From positions 131,254,001 to 131,318,000 of the forward strand of contig NW_027362772.1 in assembly GCF_046119375.1 (NCBI RefSeq): a stretch of 64,000 nt of DNA. Reading direction: 5' to 3'. Position 1 is the first letter of the stretch, and every line of letters starts with the position of its first letter. A program made the position numbers and the translations under genes. Below are positions 24,590 to 37,559 of the stretch, piece after piece. The stretch comes from Phyllobates terribilis. Lineage: Eukaryota. Below the pieces are notes generated by a model. The model was not told the origin of the DNA and searched no databases. It saw only the letters and a list, made by a program, of their open reading frames with translations.

Positions 24590-26092
24590 CAGTGGGTACA
24601 GAAAGAATTCAGACCCCTTTAAATTTTTTACTCTTTGTTTCATAAAAGCCATTTGGTAAATTCTAAAAAGTTCTTTTTTTTTTCATTAAAGTACACTCTG
24701 CACCCCATCTTGACTGAAAAAAACCCCGAAATATAGAATTTTTTGCAAATTTATTAAAAAAGAAAAACTGAAATATCACATGGCCATAAGTATTCAGACC
24801 CTTTGCTCAGACACTCATTTTTAAATCACATGCTGTCCATTGCCTTGTGATCCTCCTTGAGATGGTTCTACTCCTTCATTGTAGTCCAGCTGTGCTTAAT
24901 TAAACTGATAGTACTTGATTTGGAAAGGCACACACCTGTCTATATAAGACCTCACAGCTCACAGTGCATGTCAGACCAAATGAGAATCATGAGCTCAAAG
25001 GAACTTCCCAAGGAGCTCAGAGACAGAATTGTGGCAAGGCACAGATCTGGCCAAGGTTACAAAAGAATTTCTGCATTACTCAAGGTTCCTAAGAGCACAG
25101 TGGCCTCCATAATCCTTAAATGGAAGACGTTTGAGACCACCAGAAGTCTTCCTAGACCTGGCCGTCCAGCCAAACTGAGCTTAAGTGGGAGAAGAGCCTT
25201 GGTGAGAGAGGTAAAGAAGAACCCCAAGATCACTGTGGCTGAGCTCCAGAGATGCATTAGGGAGATGGGAGAAAGTTCCACAAATCCAACTATCACTGCA
25301 GCCCTCCACCAGTCAGACCTTTATGGCAGTGTGGCCCGACGGAAGCCTCTCCTCAGTGCAAGACATATGAAAGCCGGCATAGAGTTTGCTCAAAAACACA
25401 TGAAGGACTCCTAGACTATGAGAAATAAGATTCTTTGGTCTGATGAGATGAAGATAGAACTTTTTGGGGATAATTCTAAACGGTATGTGTGGAGATACTA
25501 TCCCAACAGTGTAACATGGTGGTGGCAGCATCATGCTATGGGGGTGTTTTTCAGCTGCAGGGAGAGGACGACTGGTTGCAATTGAAGGAAACATTAATGT
25601 GGCCAAGTACAGAGATATCCTGGATGAAAACTTCTTCCAGAGTGCTCTGGACCTCAGACTTGGTCGAAGGTTCACCTTCCAACAATACAATGACCCTAAG
25701 CACACAGCTAAAATAACAAAGGAGTGGCTTCAGAACAACTCTATGACCATTGTTGACTGGCCCAGCCAGAGCCCTGACCTAAACCCAATTGAGCATCTCT
25801 GGAGAGACCTGAAAATGGCTGTCCACCAACATTCACCATCCAACCTGACGGAACTGGAGAGGATCTGCAAGGAAGAATGGCAGCGGATCCCCAAATCCAG
25901 GTGTGAAAAAGTTGTTGCCTCATTCCCAAGAAGACTCATCCCTGTACTAGCTCAAAAGGGTGCTTCTACTCAATACTGAGCAAAGAGTCTGAATACTTAT
26001 GACCATGTGATATTTCAGTTTTTCTTTTTTAATAAATTTGCAAAAATTTCTACATTTGTTTTTTTTTCAGTCAATATGGGGTGCAGAGTGTA
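24590..26092 (+). mobile_element. Tc1 DD34E transposon, right TIR truncated, transposase disrupted
   Basis: TA-CAGTGGGTACAGAAAG left end and MSSKELPKELRDRIV N-terminus. WSDE is present, the second Asp is mutated (QQYNDPKH) and lies 34 residues before SPDLNPIE. The right TIR stops at GTGCAGAGTGTA. Confidence 0.9.
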
Positions 26093-27080
26093 ATTAGCCG
26101 AAATGCAGAATTTTTTCATATTTTTCAGTGAAGATTCAGTGATTGGATGTGATTTTGATGAACCGTAAAGAGCCATTAATTGGTTAAAAATGTAAAAAAA
26201 CTATACTCACCTTACTGCTAACCGTTACTTGTCATTACTGTTGCCGCACACTAAAACAGGACAGTTCAGTTCATGCAAGCTTAAAATAACAAAGTACTAC
26301 TGTAAGGGTTAATCACAGTTTACTCTATTGTTGGAGAGTTGCGATGTAATATATGATCTGGCAAGTAGAAAACAGCGGAGAGGCCAGAGTGGCTGCACAG
26401 GGGCTTTCCTTTGGTGATTGTGGCTAGGGGAGTTCAAGAAGAAAGGAAGCTACACATTGTTGGAAAAAGGTCTAGATAGAGCAGGGCAACTCTGGAACCA
26501 TTTTTGGTGACTCTGGGACGCGTTGTTCGGCTTGACATGAGCCCACTCAGTGAGGACAACCAAGGACACAGTATCTTGGGCTAGGCCATGTGAGGCTTTA
26601 TTTCAAAGGACTTAGAGAAGCCCTACATTTGAGAGATCGGCATTCTCTAAGAGATTTTAGTCAGCATTACTGATTATTCGGGACTCAACCCAGCAAGGAC
26701 ACTTCAGCCTCAGTACGTACCGGTACCATTTACAACTGAATATATATGCGCATACAGTATATAAATTACTTTATGGAGGTCTAGTTAGTTAGGAGAATAG
26801 GTCTTTTCTATAAGAGACACTTAAAAAAAACTGCTCCGAGTATGCAATTACTAAAGTGCTGGCACAACACTGTCGTTTTATGGCTATATGCATAGAAAGG
26901 GTTAATCGAATGTATTTTTGCTAGCATATAACTGTTAAATCTGTTAAAGGTACCTATGTATACTCTTAGTCCGTGTTATTGGGAGTAACTGCTGTCATTG
27001 GATTTGTTATATATGCTGTTTACCTACCATTCTTTCCTTTGTTTTAGAAACTGTGTAGGGATTTGTACTCACTGAGCCGC

Positions 27081-27919
27081 TGTTACGGATCCGGGTGGTG
27101 GAACCTCTGTGCTTTGGTGCAAGGAGGGACCAGAGGGGCGTGACTAAGTGCCTACTCGGCCTGACCCAGGTCACACGGCGGCTTAGTCGACTCCATGAAC
27201 CATGGAGGAACCGGGCAGGTGAACCAGGTGCCACTCTGGGACCGACCTTGTGTGAGAACAGGTGACTCCCACGAGTCAGATGACATGAACTGACTGGTAC
27301 AGCAGATGGGCACGGCAGGAAGGCAGACGGGTGGTCCGGGTAGATCAGCAGGCAGGTACGGCAGATAGCCAGACAGGTACTCCGGGTAGGCAAGCAGTCG
27401 GGGACAGCGGATAGCCAGACTGGTGTTCCGGGTAGGCAGGCTGGCGGGCACGGCAGGTAACAGGCAGGTGCTCCAGGTAGGCAGGCTGGCGGACACAGCA
27501 GGTTACTGGCAGGTGCTTCCAGGTATGCAGGCTGGCGGGCACGGCAGGTAACTGGCAGGTGCTTCCAGGTAAACAGGCTAGCTGGCACAGCAGGTAACTG
27601 GCAGATGCTCCCAGGTAAGCAGGCTGGCGGGCACGGCAGGTAACAGGCAGACTGGAGGGCAGAACTGTAAGACAGACTGGCAGGCAGGACTGACTGCAGC
27701 GGGACCTGAGGGCTGAAGCAAGTGTTATTGGCCGGGGACTCTTTAGGACTCCGCGCGCGGCCCCTTTAAGAGGGAGGGAGCACGCTCGTGCCCTAAGCAC
27801 AGTGCTCGGGAAGCTGCATGTGGTGCGCGCCACAGCAGGAGGAAGACGCCGGACCAGGACCGTGGCGGTGAGGGGAACGGCGTCTCTGCCCGACAGGAGG
27901 CAGAGACGCCGATGCTACA
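27081..27919 (-). mobile_element. Solo LTR related to Gypsy A
   Basis: TGTTACGG...GCTACA with TSD GCCGC (27076-27080 and 27920-27924). Carries the same ~45-bp minisatellite. Confidence 0.92.
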
Positions 27920-27924
27920 GCCGC

Positions 27925-28693
27925 TTTGGAGATAGGCACAGGTTCACACAGTGATGGTTCTATGTACTCCTGTGTAGGCTTGGAGCACTAGCAATCTATA
28001 GTTTCTTCTCTGGTGCCCTTGGAGGACAGTTGGCATTTTCTCTCTGGTGTCTGCTCAAGCTAAGTGTATCCCCTTTGTTTGTCTACCTTGTTATCTTGAG
28101 TTTGTAGTGAGGCTTGAATAGTGCTCACCCTCTCCCCTCCCTATCTAGGGCCAAGCTCTAGGAACATTCAGGATTTAGGTTCCTGATCGGTGATAGGTGT
28201 GGAACCTATATCAGGATGGTAGGGTAGGCAGGGTGATATAGATCTGCCTAGGGGTCTCCACTCCCCCTTTACCTAGTGTTTGGGCTTTCTTCCCCTCTTC
28301 CCTTCGTGTTGCACTTAGTCTTTCCCTCATCTTGCGTGGCATTATCAACGGCCATAAGAACCTGTCATATCTTCAATCGGCTAAACGTCTTAATCCCAGG
28401 TAAACTAGATGGTCCCTGTTTTTTACTAGGTTAAATTTTGTTGTCACTTTCCGTCCAAGGGTCAAAAACGTCAAGGCTGATGCTGTGTCCGGAGCTTCCC
28501 TGGTGGTGGTGACCATGAGAACACTGCCACGATTTTGCAGAAGGGGTAGTCATTTCGGCATTGTACCCTGAACTGGAGGGTGAGGTGTTGTAGGCTCAGG
28601 GGGACGCCCCTGTCTCCTGCCCTTCGGGGAGGTTATTTGTACCATTTAAAGCACCACTCCAGAACTGAAAAAACAAATTGTTGGAGTGGTGCT
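27925..28693 (+). mobile_element. Decayed Gypsy fragment (LTR 3' part joined to an RNase H remnant)
   Basis: LTR-like end TTGCGTGGCA at ~28340, then [31 protein letters not shown] at ~28375-28490. The LTR part matches 63419-63630 in reverse. Confidence 0.7.
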
Positions 28694-28697
28694 TTAA

Positions 28698-31415
28698 CCC
28701 CTTTCTGACGTATGACCTAATAGTACGTCTTGGTGACCTGGGCCGATTGAACCAATGACGTACTATTAGGTCATATGGCAATCGCGCCCGCACCCAAGCG
28801 GTGCGGGGTGATCGCCGTCGGGTGTCAGCTGATTGTCACAGCTGACACCCGGTACTATGTGCAGGGAGCGGTTACGCACCGCTCCTGGCACATTAACCCC
28901 CTCAATGCTGCGATCGAAGTCGATCGCAGCATTGTTGTGGCAAGGGGAGGTGATCGCAATACTCACCTCATCTTCCGCCCTCCTGCCACGGCTTCCTGGA
29001 TGTTGCCATGACGACCCGATGTCGTCATGACAACATCCGGGTCACCAGACAGCAGGAAGATTCTTTGGTCATGGGCAGTGCATGCCCAAAGAATCTTCTC
29101 CCTGTGCAGCACTGACAGCTTGTATAGCACAGGAATGGTGCTGCATGGTATCGCTGTAATCGCACCGACCCGAAGAATAAAGTCGTCTAATCACTTATAC
29201 CGCACGAGGAACGGCGTAAAAAATAAACTCTAGGGTTAGGGTTAGGTTTGCGCTAGGGTTAGGGTAGGGTTAGGGTTGGGCTAGGGATTTTTTTTTCAAA
29301 AGTAAAAAAAAAAAAAAAAGATGACGATATGGCAACGAGTGTTGCCGCAAGTGCTCACTACTTCAGTTTGCATCGAATGCTCGGGTATGCACTGAGCATC
29401 ATTGGTGCTTGAGTGACATGCTCGAGTCTCCGCCCCGTATGCTTCGTGGCCAAAAAAATCTTGCGGGGATTGCCTGCAATGCACGAGCGATCCCCACATG
29501 TATTTTATGGGTGTCTAATAACAATGAAACATGCGAGCGGGGACTCGAGCATGTCAATCGAGCACAAGCGATACATGGTACTTACGCGAGTACCCGGTGA
29601 AAACTCAAGTAGCGAGCACTTGCACTCAAGACTAATGACAACTTATTCAATATGATGACCTAATGTTATCAAATTCTGTGTCGTACCGCTGGATTCAAAA
29701 TGTTCACTATACCCCTTGATAAAATCCTTGAGGGGTGTAGTTTTCAAAATGGGGTCACTTGTGGGGAGGTTTCCACTGTTTAGGCACATCAGGGGCTCTC
29801 CAAACGTGACATGGCGTCTGCTCTCAATTCCAGCCAATTTTGTGTTCAAAAAGTCACACAATGCTCCTTCCTTTCTGAACTCTGCCGTGCGCCCAAACAG
29901 TGTATTTTCCCCACATATGGGGTATTGGCGTACTCAAGAGAAATTGCACAACAGTTTTTGGGGTCCATTTTCTCCTCCTACCCTTGTGAAAATGAAAAAA
30001 TTGGGGCTAAAACATTATTTTTGTGGAAAAAGTTAGATTTTTTTATTTTCACGGCTCCATGATATAAACTTCTGCAAAGCTCTTGGGGGTTTAGGGTGCT
30101 CACCACACATCTAGATAAGTTCCCTGAGGGGTCTAGTTTCCAAAAGGGTGTCACTTGTGGGGTTTTTCCACTCTTTAGGCACATCAGGGGCACATCCACT
30201 AAGTATTCAAGTAAATTTTACATTCAAAAAGTCAAATGGCGCTCCTTCCATTCCGAAACCTGCCGTGCACCCATACAGTGGTTTTCCCCAACATATGGGG
30301 TATCTGCTTGCTCAGGAGAAATTGCACAACAAACTGCATGGTGCAATTTCTCCAGTAACCCTCATGAAAATGCAAAATTGGAGGCTGAAAAACATTTTTG
30401 TTGCAAAAATGTGACAATTTTATTTTTACGGCTCAATGTTCTAAATTTCTGTGAAGCACCTGGGGGTTCAAGGTGCTCACCACACATCTAGATACGTTCC
30501 CTGAGGGGTCTAGTTTCCAAAATAGTGTCACTTGTGGGGGGTTTCCACTGTTTAGGCACATCAGGGGCTCTCCAAACACAACATGGCGTCCGCTAATTAT
30601 TCAAGCAAATTTTACAATCAAAAAGTCAAATGGCACTCCTTCCCTTCTGAGCCCGGCCCTGTGCCCAAACTGTAGTTTTCCCCCACATATGGGGTATCTG
30701 CTTACTCAGGGGAAATTGCACAACAAATTTTGGGGTCCAATTTTTCCTGTTACCCCTGAAAAAATAAAAAAAATTGGGTCTAAAGTAACATTTTTGTGAA
30801 AAAAGTTAAATGTTAATTTTTTCTTCCGCATTCCAAAAATTCCTGTGAAGCACCTGAAGGGTTAATAAAGTTCTTGACTGTGGTTTTCAGCACCTTGAGG
30901 GGTGCAGTTTTTAGAGTGGTGTCACTTTTGGGTATTTTCTGTCATAAAGACCCCTCAAAGTGACTTCAAATGTGATGTGCTCCCTAAAAAAATGGTTTTG
31001 TAAATTTTGTTGGAAAAATGAGAAATCGCTGGTCATCTTTTAACCCTTATAGCTCCCTAATAAAAAAAAATGTTGGTTCCAAAATTGCGCTGATGTAAAG
31101 TAGACATGTGGGAAATGTTATTTATTAACTATTTTGTGCGACATACCTCTCTGATTTAAGGGCATAAAAAAATTCAAATTTTGAAAATTGCAAAATTTTC
31201 AAAATTTTCACCAAATTTCCGTTTTTTCAAAAATAAACGCAAGTGATATCGAAGAAATTTTACCACTATCATGAAGTACAATATGTCACGAAAAAACAGA
31301 ATCAGTGGGATCCGTTGAAGCATTCCAGAGTAATTACCTCATAAAATGACAGTGGTCAGAATTGTAAAAATTGGCCCGGTCATTAACGTGCAAACCACCT
31401 TCGGGGGTAAAGGGG
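28698..31415. mobile_element. Non-autonomous piggyBac-like (TTAA) DNA transposon
   Basis: TTAA-CCCCTT...AAGGGG-TTAA. Same family as 1-3094 but with an internal deletion. Contains telomere-like repeats, an inserted ~300-bp MITE-like piece (~29336-29630) and a tandem array. Confidence 0.85.
29730..30960. repeat. ~380-400-bp tandem repeat (about 3 units plus a partial) inside the piggyBac-like element
   Basis: Motif AGTTT(T/C)CAAAA...GTCACTTGTGGGG...TTTAGGCACATCAGGGG recurs at ~29737, 30133, 30510 and, partially, at 30903. Confidence 0.85.
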
Positions 31416-31732
31416 TTAAACTACCACTGACTGGTAAATAGTTACCAATTGGTGGTCATTTAGTGTCGCCAGTCAGTTTGCGCAAAGTGGTGTCACAGTC
31501 CAGGAATAATACGCAAAGTGATGTCACAGATAAAAAGCACTGTGGAGTTATAAGAAAGAAATATTGTTTATAAAGACAGGAAGATACATGCATACAGAAG
31601 AAAGACTGCACATCCGGAACACAAATTACATCAAGACTTTATTGAATACAAAATTAAAAATAATTCCAACAATTAAAGGACAGACACATTAAAAACAATT
31701 AAAAACACACATATACTGTAGGTGTGTACTAA

Positions 31733-33010
31733 TGTGACGCTCACAGCCCTCACCCTGGGAAGTGGGGTTACTCGGAGCCGGGTCAGATGTTTGGTAGGTT
31801 GTAGCCGTGGCCTGGACCCGTTCCGTGCCAGGGCCGTCACATTAAAAGGGTGTAATGGGCTTTCAGAGTTGGTGTTTAATCGAGTGGTTATATTGACTAC
31901 GCCACCTGTGGTGTCTGGTGATTCCCCCACCGGCGCTGCGTTCAGTCCTCTGAGGCGGGATGTAGTGGCAGCCGGAGATGATACTACTCCCCACAGGCGG
32001 AGCAGGGCCTCAGGGCAGAGAGAACAGGAGGATGGGAGTCGTAGTGGAAGATGTGGTACGGTGTAGTGCGGTGCCGCGTTGCAATAAGAGACCGAAGGCC
32101 TTAGGGGTAGTCTTCCAAGCTTTACTCAAGGTAGTATGCACAGCTGCAAGGCTTCTCCCTGCTCCTTACGGCGCGCTGCGGCCACCAGGACTGGGGGTCC
32201 GACAACCTCCGGGTAGTTCAGGTGCTTTGGTCAGGACCCCACACCAGAGTGTTCCTAGACTTTCCCACTATGTCCTCTCCTGTCCGTATGTGGTGCATGT
32301 ACTAAAGACGGGTCTCCCTCTGGTCTATGCACAGAACAAGGGCACGGGAGGCGACTCCGCTCCGTTAACCGGTGGGATCCACTGAGCCTCCGGGCTTCTC
32401 CGACTGAGACATAGAGTAATAAAGTCAGATATCGGGGGCCGGTACCCCTCTTGCAGCAGGAATGCCTCTACTAGGCCAGAATAGCGAGGACAGGTGGCGT
32501 ATACCGCTCCGTCTGCATCCCCCTGGGATCCTTTTGCCTGCGGAGCTTTTGCTCATCCGCTCCCCTCCAGGCCTTCTTGGGTAAGGACCTTGACCGGGTA
32601 GAGACAACTGTTAACTCTTGCCCGCTCCTCGACTCAAGGCCAGAGTACGAGGACCGTGTCCCCATCAACTGCAGGTTCACACCGAAAGCCACGTTCAGTG
32701 ATGAAGATCACAATCAAAGACCATCAGCCCAAGATGGCTGGCTATTAAATATGAATTTTGTACGTGTAACCTCTAAGTGTGTCCTCCACCCTCATCCACT
32801 ACTAAGTTCCCCCTTACTTTGGTTCCCCCATCTCCACTTTTCCCGGCTGGGGCAGCACCCTGGTGCATATAAGCCCCCCCCTCAGGTGGGAGAGGTGTAG
32901 TGTTGGATGCAGAGGTGTGGTCCTGACAGTTGCACCATCCTTACCTCGAAGGAGAGATACCACACCTCATTAAAGAGATGCAGTACCCCTGTGGCGACCG
33001 AAACCTCACA
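31733..33010. mobile_element. Probable solo LTR (TGTGACGC...CCTCACA)
   Basis: TG...CA ends, near-TSD CTAA/CTAT, GC-rich, no credible ORF. Confidence 0.65.
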
Positions 33011-33166
33011 CTATCACCACCTCTATCCAAGATAAAGCACAAGGTAAGCTGCCAAATACCTGTGATATAAATAGCAATCAGGGAACAGCAGATGAAAATC
33101 AGAATCAGGGAAAAAAATTGACAAAATTAATAAAAATCTGTGCTTAATATAAAGAGAATACATTAA

Positions 33167-33360
33167 GGCCAGATTCAGACATCTGTGTGTCACGGTTTGG
33201 GTATGGACTATGATGCACAAACTGGCCATGGGTGTCCTTTCCCAAAATTGATAACCTCTGGCATATATGAAGTGTTCAAGTTTAGGTCAGGGGACCTGTG
33301 ACCAGTCAGCACATCAGGCTTTGCAATCGGACTGTGATACATGGATGTCTAAATGAGGCC
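33167..33360. mobile_element. PIF/Harbinger-type MITE
   Basis: TAA flanks with GGCC...GGCC imperfect TIRs. Confidence 0.7.
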
Positions 33361-33668
33361 TAAAAATAAAGCACCAAAAGACAGTGACAGAAAACACCCT
33401 ACCCCTTTTGTCCTGCTAGACGACTATATCAGGGGTGATATATAGTGTATACAGACTGCCTTAAAGGGGTTGTCTACTACTGAATAACCCCATCTTAATC
33501 ACTTTAGTGCCCCATATAAAATAAAAACAACCCATAGTCATCTCCGGTTGCAGTTCCATTCCTACATCGCTGCTACTCTTGATGGGTCACATTGTTTTGT
33601 CACCTGGTCAGCTGCAGCCTTTGCTATTCCGTCATTGTGAACATTAGCTGTGACGGAATACTGAATAA

Positions 33669-34522
33669 GGCTATGTGCCCACTATGCGTTTTTTAAGCGT
33701 TTCCGCAGCGGCAATTCTGCTGCAGAAACGCTTAAAAAACGCTTGGATGAAGGTCTGCCATGTTCCTCAATGATAATCCGCATGTGCTGTGCACATGCTG
33801 CAGAAATTTCTGCTGCGGATTATCATTGCGGAAAAATCCGCACCACTACCAATTATTTTGCGGAAGCGCGGCGTTCTCGCCGCCATTGACTTGCATTGGA
33901 AAGCATGTAATCCGCATCACTGGATCTGTACATGCGGAATCCATGCGTTTCAATGTGCGGATGGTACCCAGGTCTGGAGAAGAGGAGACTCTCCTCCAGA
34001 CCCGGGTACCATAGTACCTGTAAAAAAAAAATAAATAAATAAATATTATACTTACCCCGGTGTCCTTGTCTTGGCTTGCCGGCAGCTCGCGGTGGACTCA
34101 AGGACCTGCGGTGACGTCATTTAGTCATGTGAAGGGTCACGCAACCGCTGACGTCGGCAAGTCCACCGCGAGCTGCTGGCAAGCCAGGACGCATCAGATA
34201 AAGACACTGGGGGCCATCAGAAGGTAAGTATAGATTTATTTTTTATTTTTTACCATTCTTTCGGTCACTGTATATAAATTCATGCCGGTTGCATGGATTT
34301 ATATAGTGTGACCAAGTTGTCAAGCACTTTCCAAGTGATGCTAAAATTGCTTGGAAAGCGCTTGTCAACCCGCATGCAGAAATGCATGTGAAGAACGCTT
34401 CACATCCACATGTCCCTGGCAGGAAAAATGCATGTAAAATCCACATGCGTTTTTTTCTGCCAGGGAGATGCAGAAACGCTCAGGAAAAATCCGGAGCATT
34501 TCTGCATCGTGGGCACATAGCC
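33669..34522. mobile_element. PIF/Harbinger-type MITE
   Basis: TAA-GGCTATGTGCCCAC...GTGGGCACATAGCC-TAA. A related copy lies inverted at 59842-~60690. Confidence 0.88.
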
Positions 34523-36718
34523 TAAATCCCACAGTAAAAAGGTAATGAAAAGACATATAATAATTAGTGATGAGCAAGCACTAAAATGCTTGGGTGCTCG
34601 TTGCTTGGGTCGAGCAAATTGGAAGGCTCGAGTGCTCAGACCGAGTAACGAGCCCAATGTAAGTCTATGGGAGACTGGAGCATTTTTCTGGCGGCCACTC
34701 CCGGCGGTCTGCAGAGGGCTTAAAAATTGCCCAAATCGATGGGAACAGTGCTCAATTGACATGGGAACAGCATGGGGAAGACCCCTGCAAGCATCTCTGA
34801 CTCCCAGGTCACTGCTATCAACAATGTTGTTAGAGGTATTACGCCACTTTTACGGACTCACAATAAAACATACAAAAACGAAACCAAAATAGATTTTCCT
34901 GGGAAAAATGTTAAGGAACATCCTTTCCAGGGTAATGACTTGTATATAAGGCAAAATAAATATACAAAAACAAAAATGCTCCTCCACACCTTGGATTATG
35001 TTCACAGGCAGCGTTTTGATGTGTTTTTGCACTTTTGCATTGCTTTCAATGGTGAAAAATGCATTCACCGGGAAATGTCATTTTAACATTTTACAACCTT
35101 ATCTGGCCATATAGAGTGTGAGACATCATCACACACATTCACACAGTGCTGAAAAGACATGGGAACAGCATAGGGAAGACACATTGGGCTGGAAGCATCT
35201 CTGACTCCCAGGTCACTGCCTGAAACTTGTGGCCATCTCATCACACGTGATTCTATATTACTGCGGTAATAATACAGACATTTTTGGCAATGTGACAAAT
35301 ATTAAACTCCATTTAAAATGGGCAAGGTGTGTGTCAAGGGACGGGGAAGTGGATGTTATGGTGATGGTGATAGTGCACGCAGAGGCCATGCGCAAGATGA
35401 AACTGTGCCTGCTGATGGAGCACAACAAACACCCACAACATGTCGAAATACCTTCCTGTCCCAATTTCAAGGGGGCCACGGAAAACCACTATTGAAGCCA
35501 GTGCAGTGTGAAAAGGTTGTTAGTTGGATAGCAGATAATGCTTCCAGTCAGTTTGCCACCACCACCACCCTGTGTTCATCATGGCCCAGTCTCAGTAGCC
35601 GTGAGTCTGGACCACATTATTATTATTACTTTAGTGCAATTTATTCCATGGCGCTTTACATGTGAAAAGGTGGTATACATTGCAAAAAAATTACAATAAT
35701 CTTGAACAAAAATGTGATGGTGACTGGTACAGGAGAGTTGAGGACCCTGCCCACGAGGGCTCACAGTTTACAAGCGATGGGTGAGGATACAGTAGGTGAG
35801 GATAGAGCTGGTCGTGCAGCAGTATGGTGGAGCGAGGGTTACTGCAGTTTGTACGCATGTTGGAAGAGGTGGGTCTTTCGGTGCTTTTTGACGGTTTCAA
35901 CAGTAGGCAAGAGTCAGAACTGGTAGGGTAGAGAGTTCCAGAGAAGGGAGGATGCATGGGAGAAATCTTGTATGTGATTGTGCGAAGAGGAGATAAGAGG
36001 GGAGTAAAGAAGGAGATCTTGTGAGGATCGGAGGTTGCGTGCAGGTAAGTACCGGGAGACTAGGTCTCAGATGTATGGAGGACACAGGTTGTGGATGGCT
36101 TTGCACAACAAGGTTAGGGTTTTGAACTGGAGTCTCTGGGTAATGTAGAGCCAGTGAAGAGATTGACAGTGAGGAGAGGCCATGGAATAGCGAGAGGACA
36201 GGTGGATTAGTCATGCAACAGAGTTTAGGATAGATTCTGTTAGAACCCTCCTGTTAGTTTTTTCTATCTTGTGTTTTGCGGTCACGTGACCATCTGTCTT
36301 TATATTCCAGCTCCGCCCTTATGCCTGTGCTGGACTTCAGTGTTGTTTGACTGTTTTGCTAGCCTGGTGCTTCGGTGCCTATCTCTGTCAGTTCGCTTGG
36401 TCCTCTGGGACCTCTAGTACTTTTTTTCAGTTTGTCTTTTTGTGTTCTGCAACAACTTCTGTGCAGGAGGTGTCCCATTTTTGTTCCAGTCCTTAGTTCT
36501 TTTAGGGACCCCTCCCTTACTTCTATATGTCTTCAGTCAGACTAGCCGAGGACTAAGGCGAGTCTGTTCACTAGGAACAGGCAGCCCACTGCATCGTAGG
36601 GATTCAGCTTAGTCTTACTGTAGGGACAGCTTTCCCCTATCTTTCCTTAGTACATGTTGCAGATCATAACAGTAAGTCCAGCCCAAAAAACTAAAAGGAA
36701 AGAAATTTGGGGATCAGT

Positions 36719-37545
36719 ATGGTTTCCGTCCAGGATTTGGCTCAACGCCTGCAGGGATTGTCTCTGGAGGTGGCCGAGCTTCAGCAACACGTGAGTAGCT
36801 GTCCTGGAGCGCATTTTGTCGAACCCAAGGTAGGATTGCCTGATGTTTCTTATGGTAAACAGCAAGATTTTTTTCCTTTAAAAATGCTTGTTTGTTATAT
36901 TTTCGTTTGAGACCAAGATCCTCTGGGAATGAATCACAGCGCATTGGTTTTATTATGTCACTTTTGCACAATGAACCACAGGGGTGGGCTTTTTCTCTCC
37001 AGCCTAATGATCCGTGTTTAAGGTCTGTTGAAGAGTTTTTTTCTGCTATGGGGCTATTATATGACGATCCTTATCGAATCTCATCTGCTGAATCAGAACT
37101 TAGACGTTTGAATCAGGGGTCAGATGATGTTGAAAATTATTGCACACACTTCAGGAGATGGGCTTCAGAAGTTAAGTGGAATGATTCGGTGCTGAGATGT
37201 TTATTTCTTGCTGGTCTGAGTGAAAGGGTTAAGGATTTGCTAATTGCATTCCCTGCACCTGAGACTCTGCAGGAAGCTATGCAATTAGCTGTTCGTATAG
37301 ACAGGAGACTGAGGTGGAGGCTCAATGAGGTAAAGACTCCTGTAATGTCAGGTCCTAGTCCCCAGAAAATCAGCTCTGATGGCGGGGAACCGATGGAGGT
37401 TGGGGCGATGTCACACCGCTCTCAAGAAAGAGATCGGAGATTCGCCGAGGGATTGTGTCTTTATTGTGGTAAAGCTGACCATTTGATTAAGTATTGTGAG
37501 CGTCATTTAAGTAAAGAAAAAAAAAGGTCAGTTACGCCCGTATAG
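36719..37545 (+). pseudogene. Gypsy B gag (frameshifted) with CCHC knuckle
   Basis: MVSVQDLAQRL..., frameshift in a T-run near 36870, then EPMEVG and CLYCGKADHLIKYC. Confidence 0.85.
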
Positions 37546-37559
37546 CTTGTTTACGCTCT

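Noticed and set aside
27007-27833. Repetitive Pro/Ala/Cys-rich ORFs (also at 9224-9570 and 14452-14947)
   Set aside because: They are translations of the LTR minisatellite.
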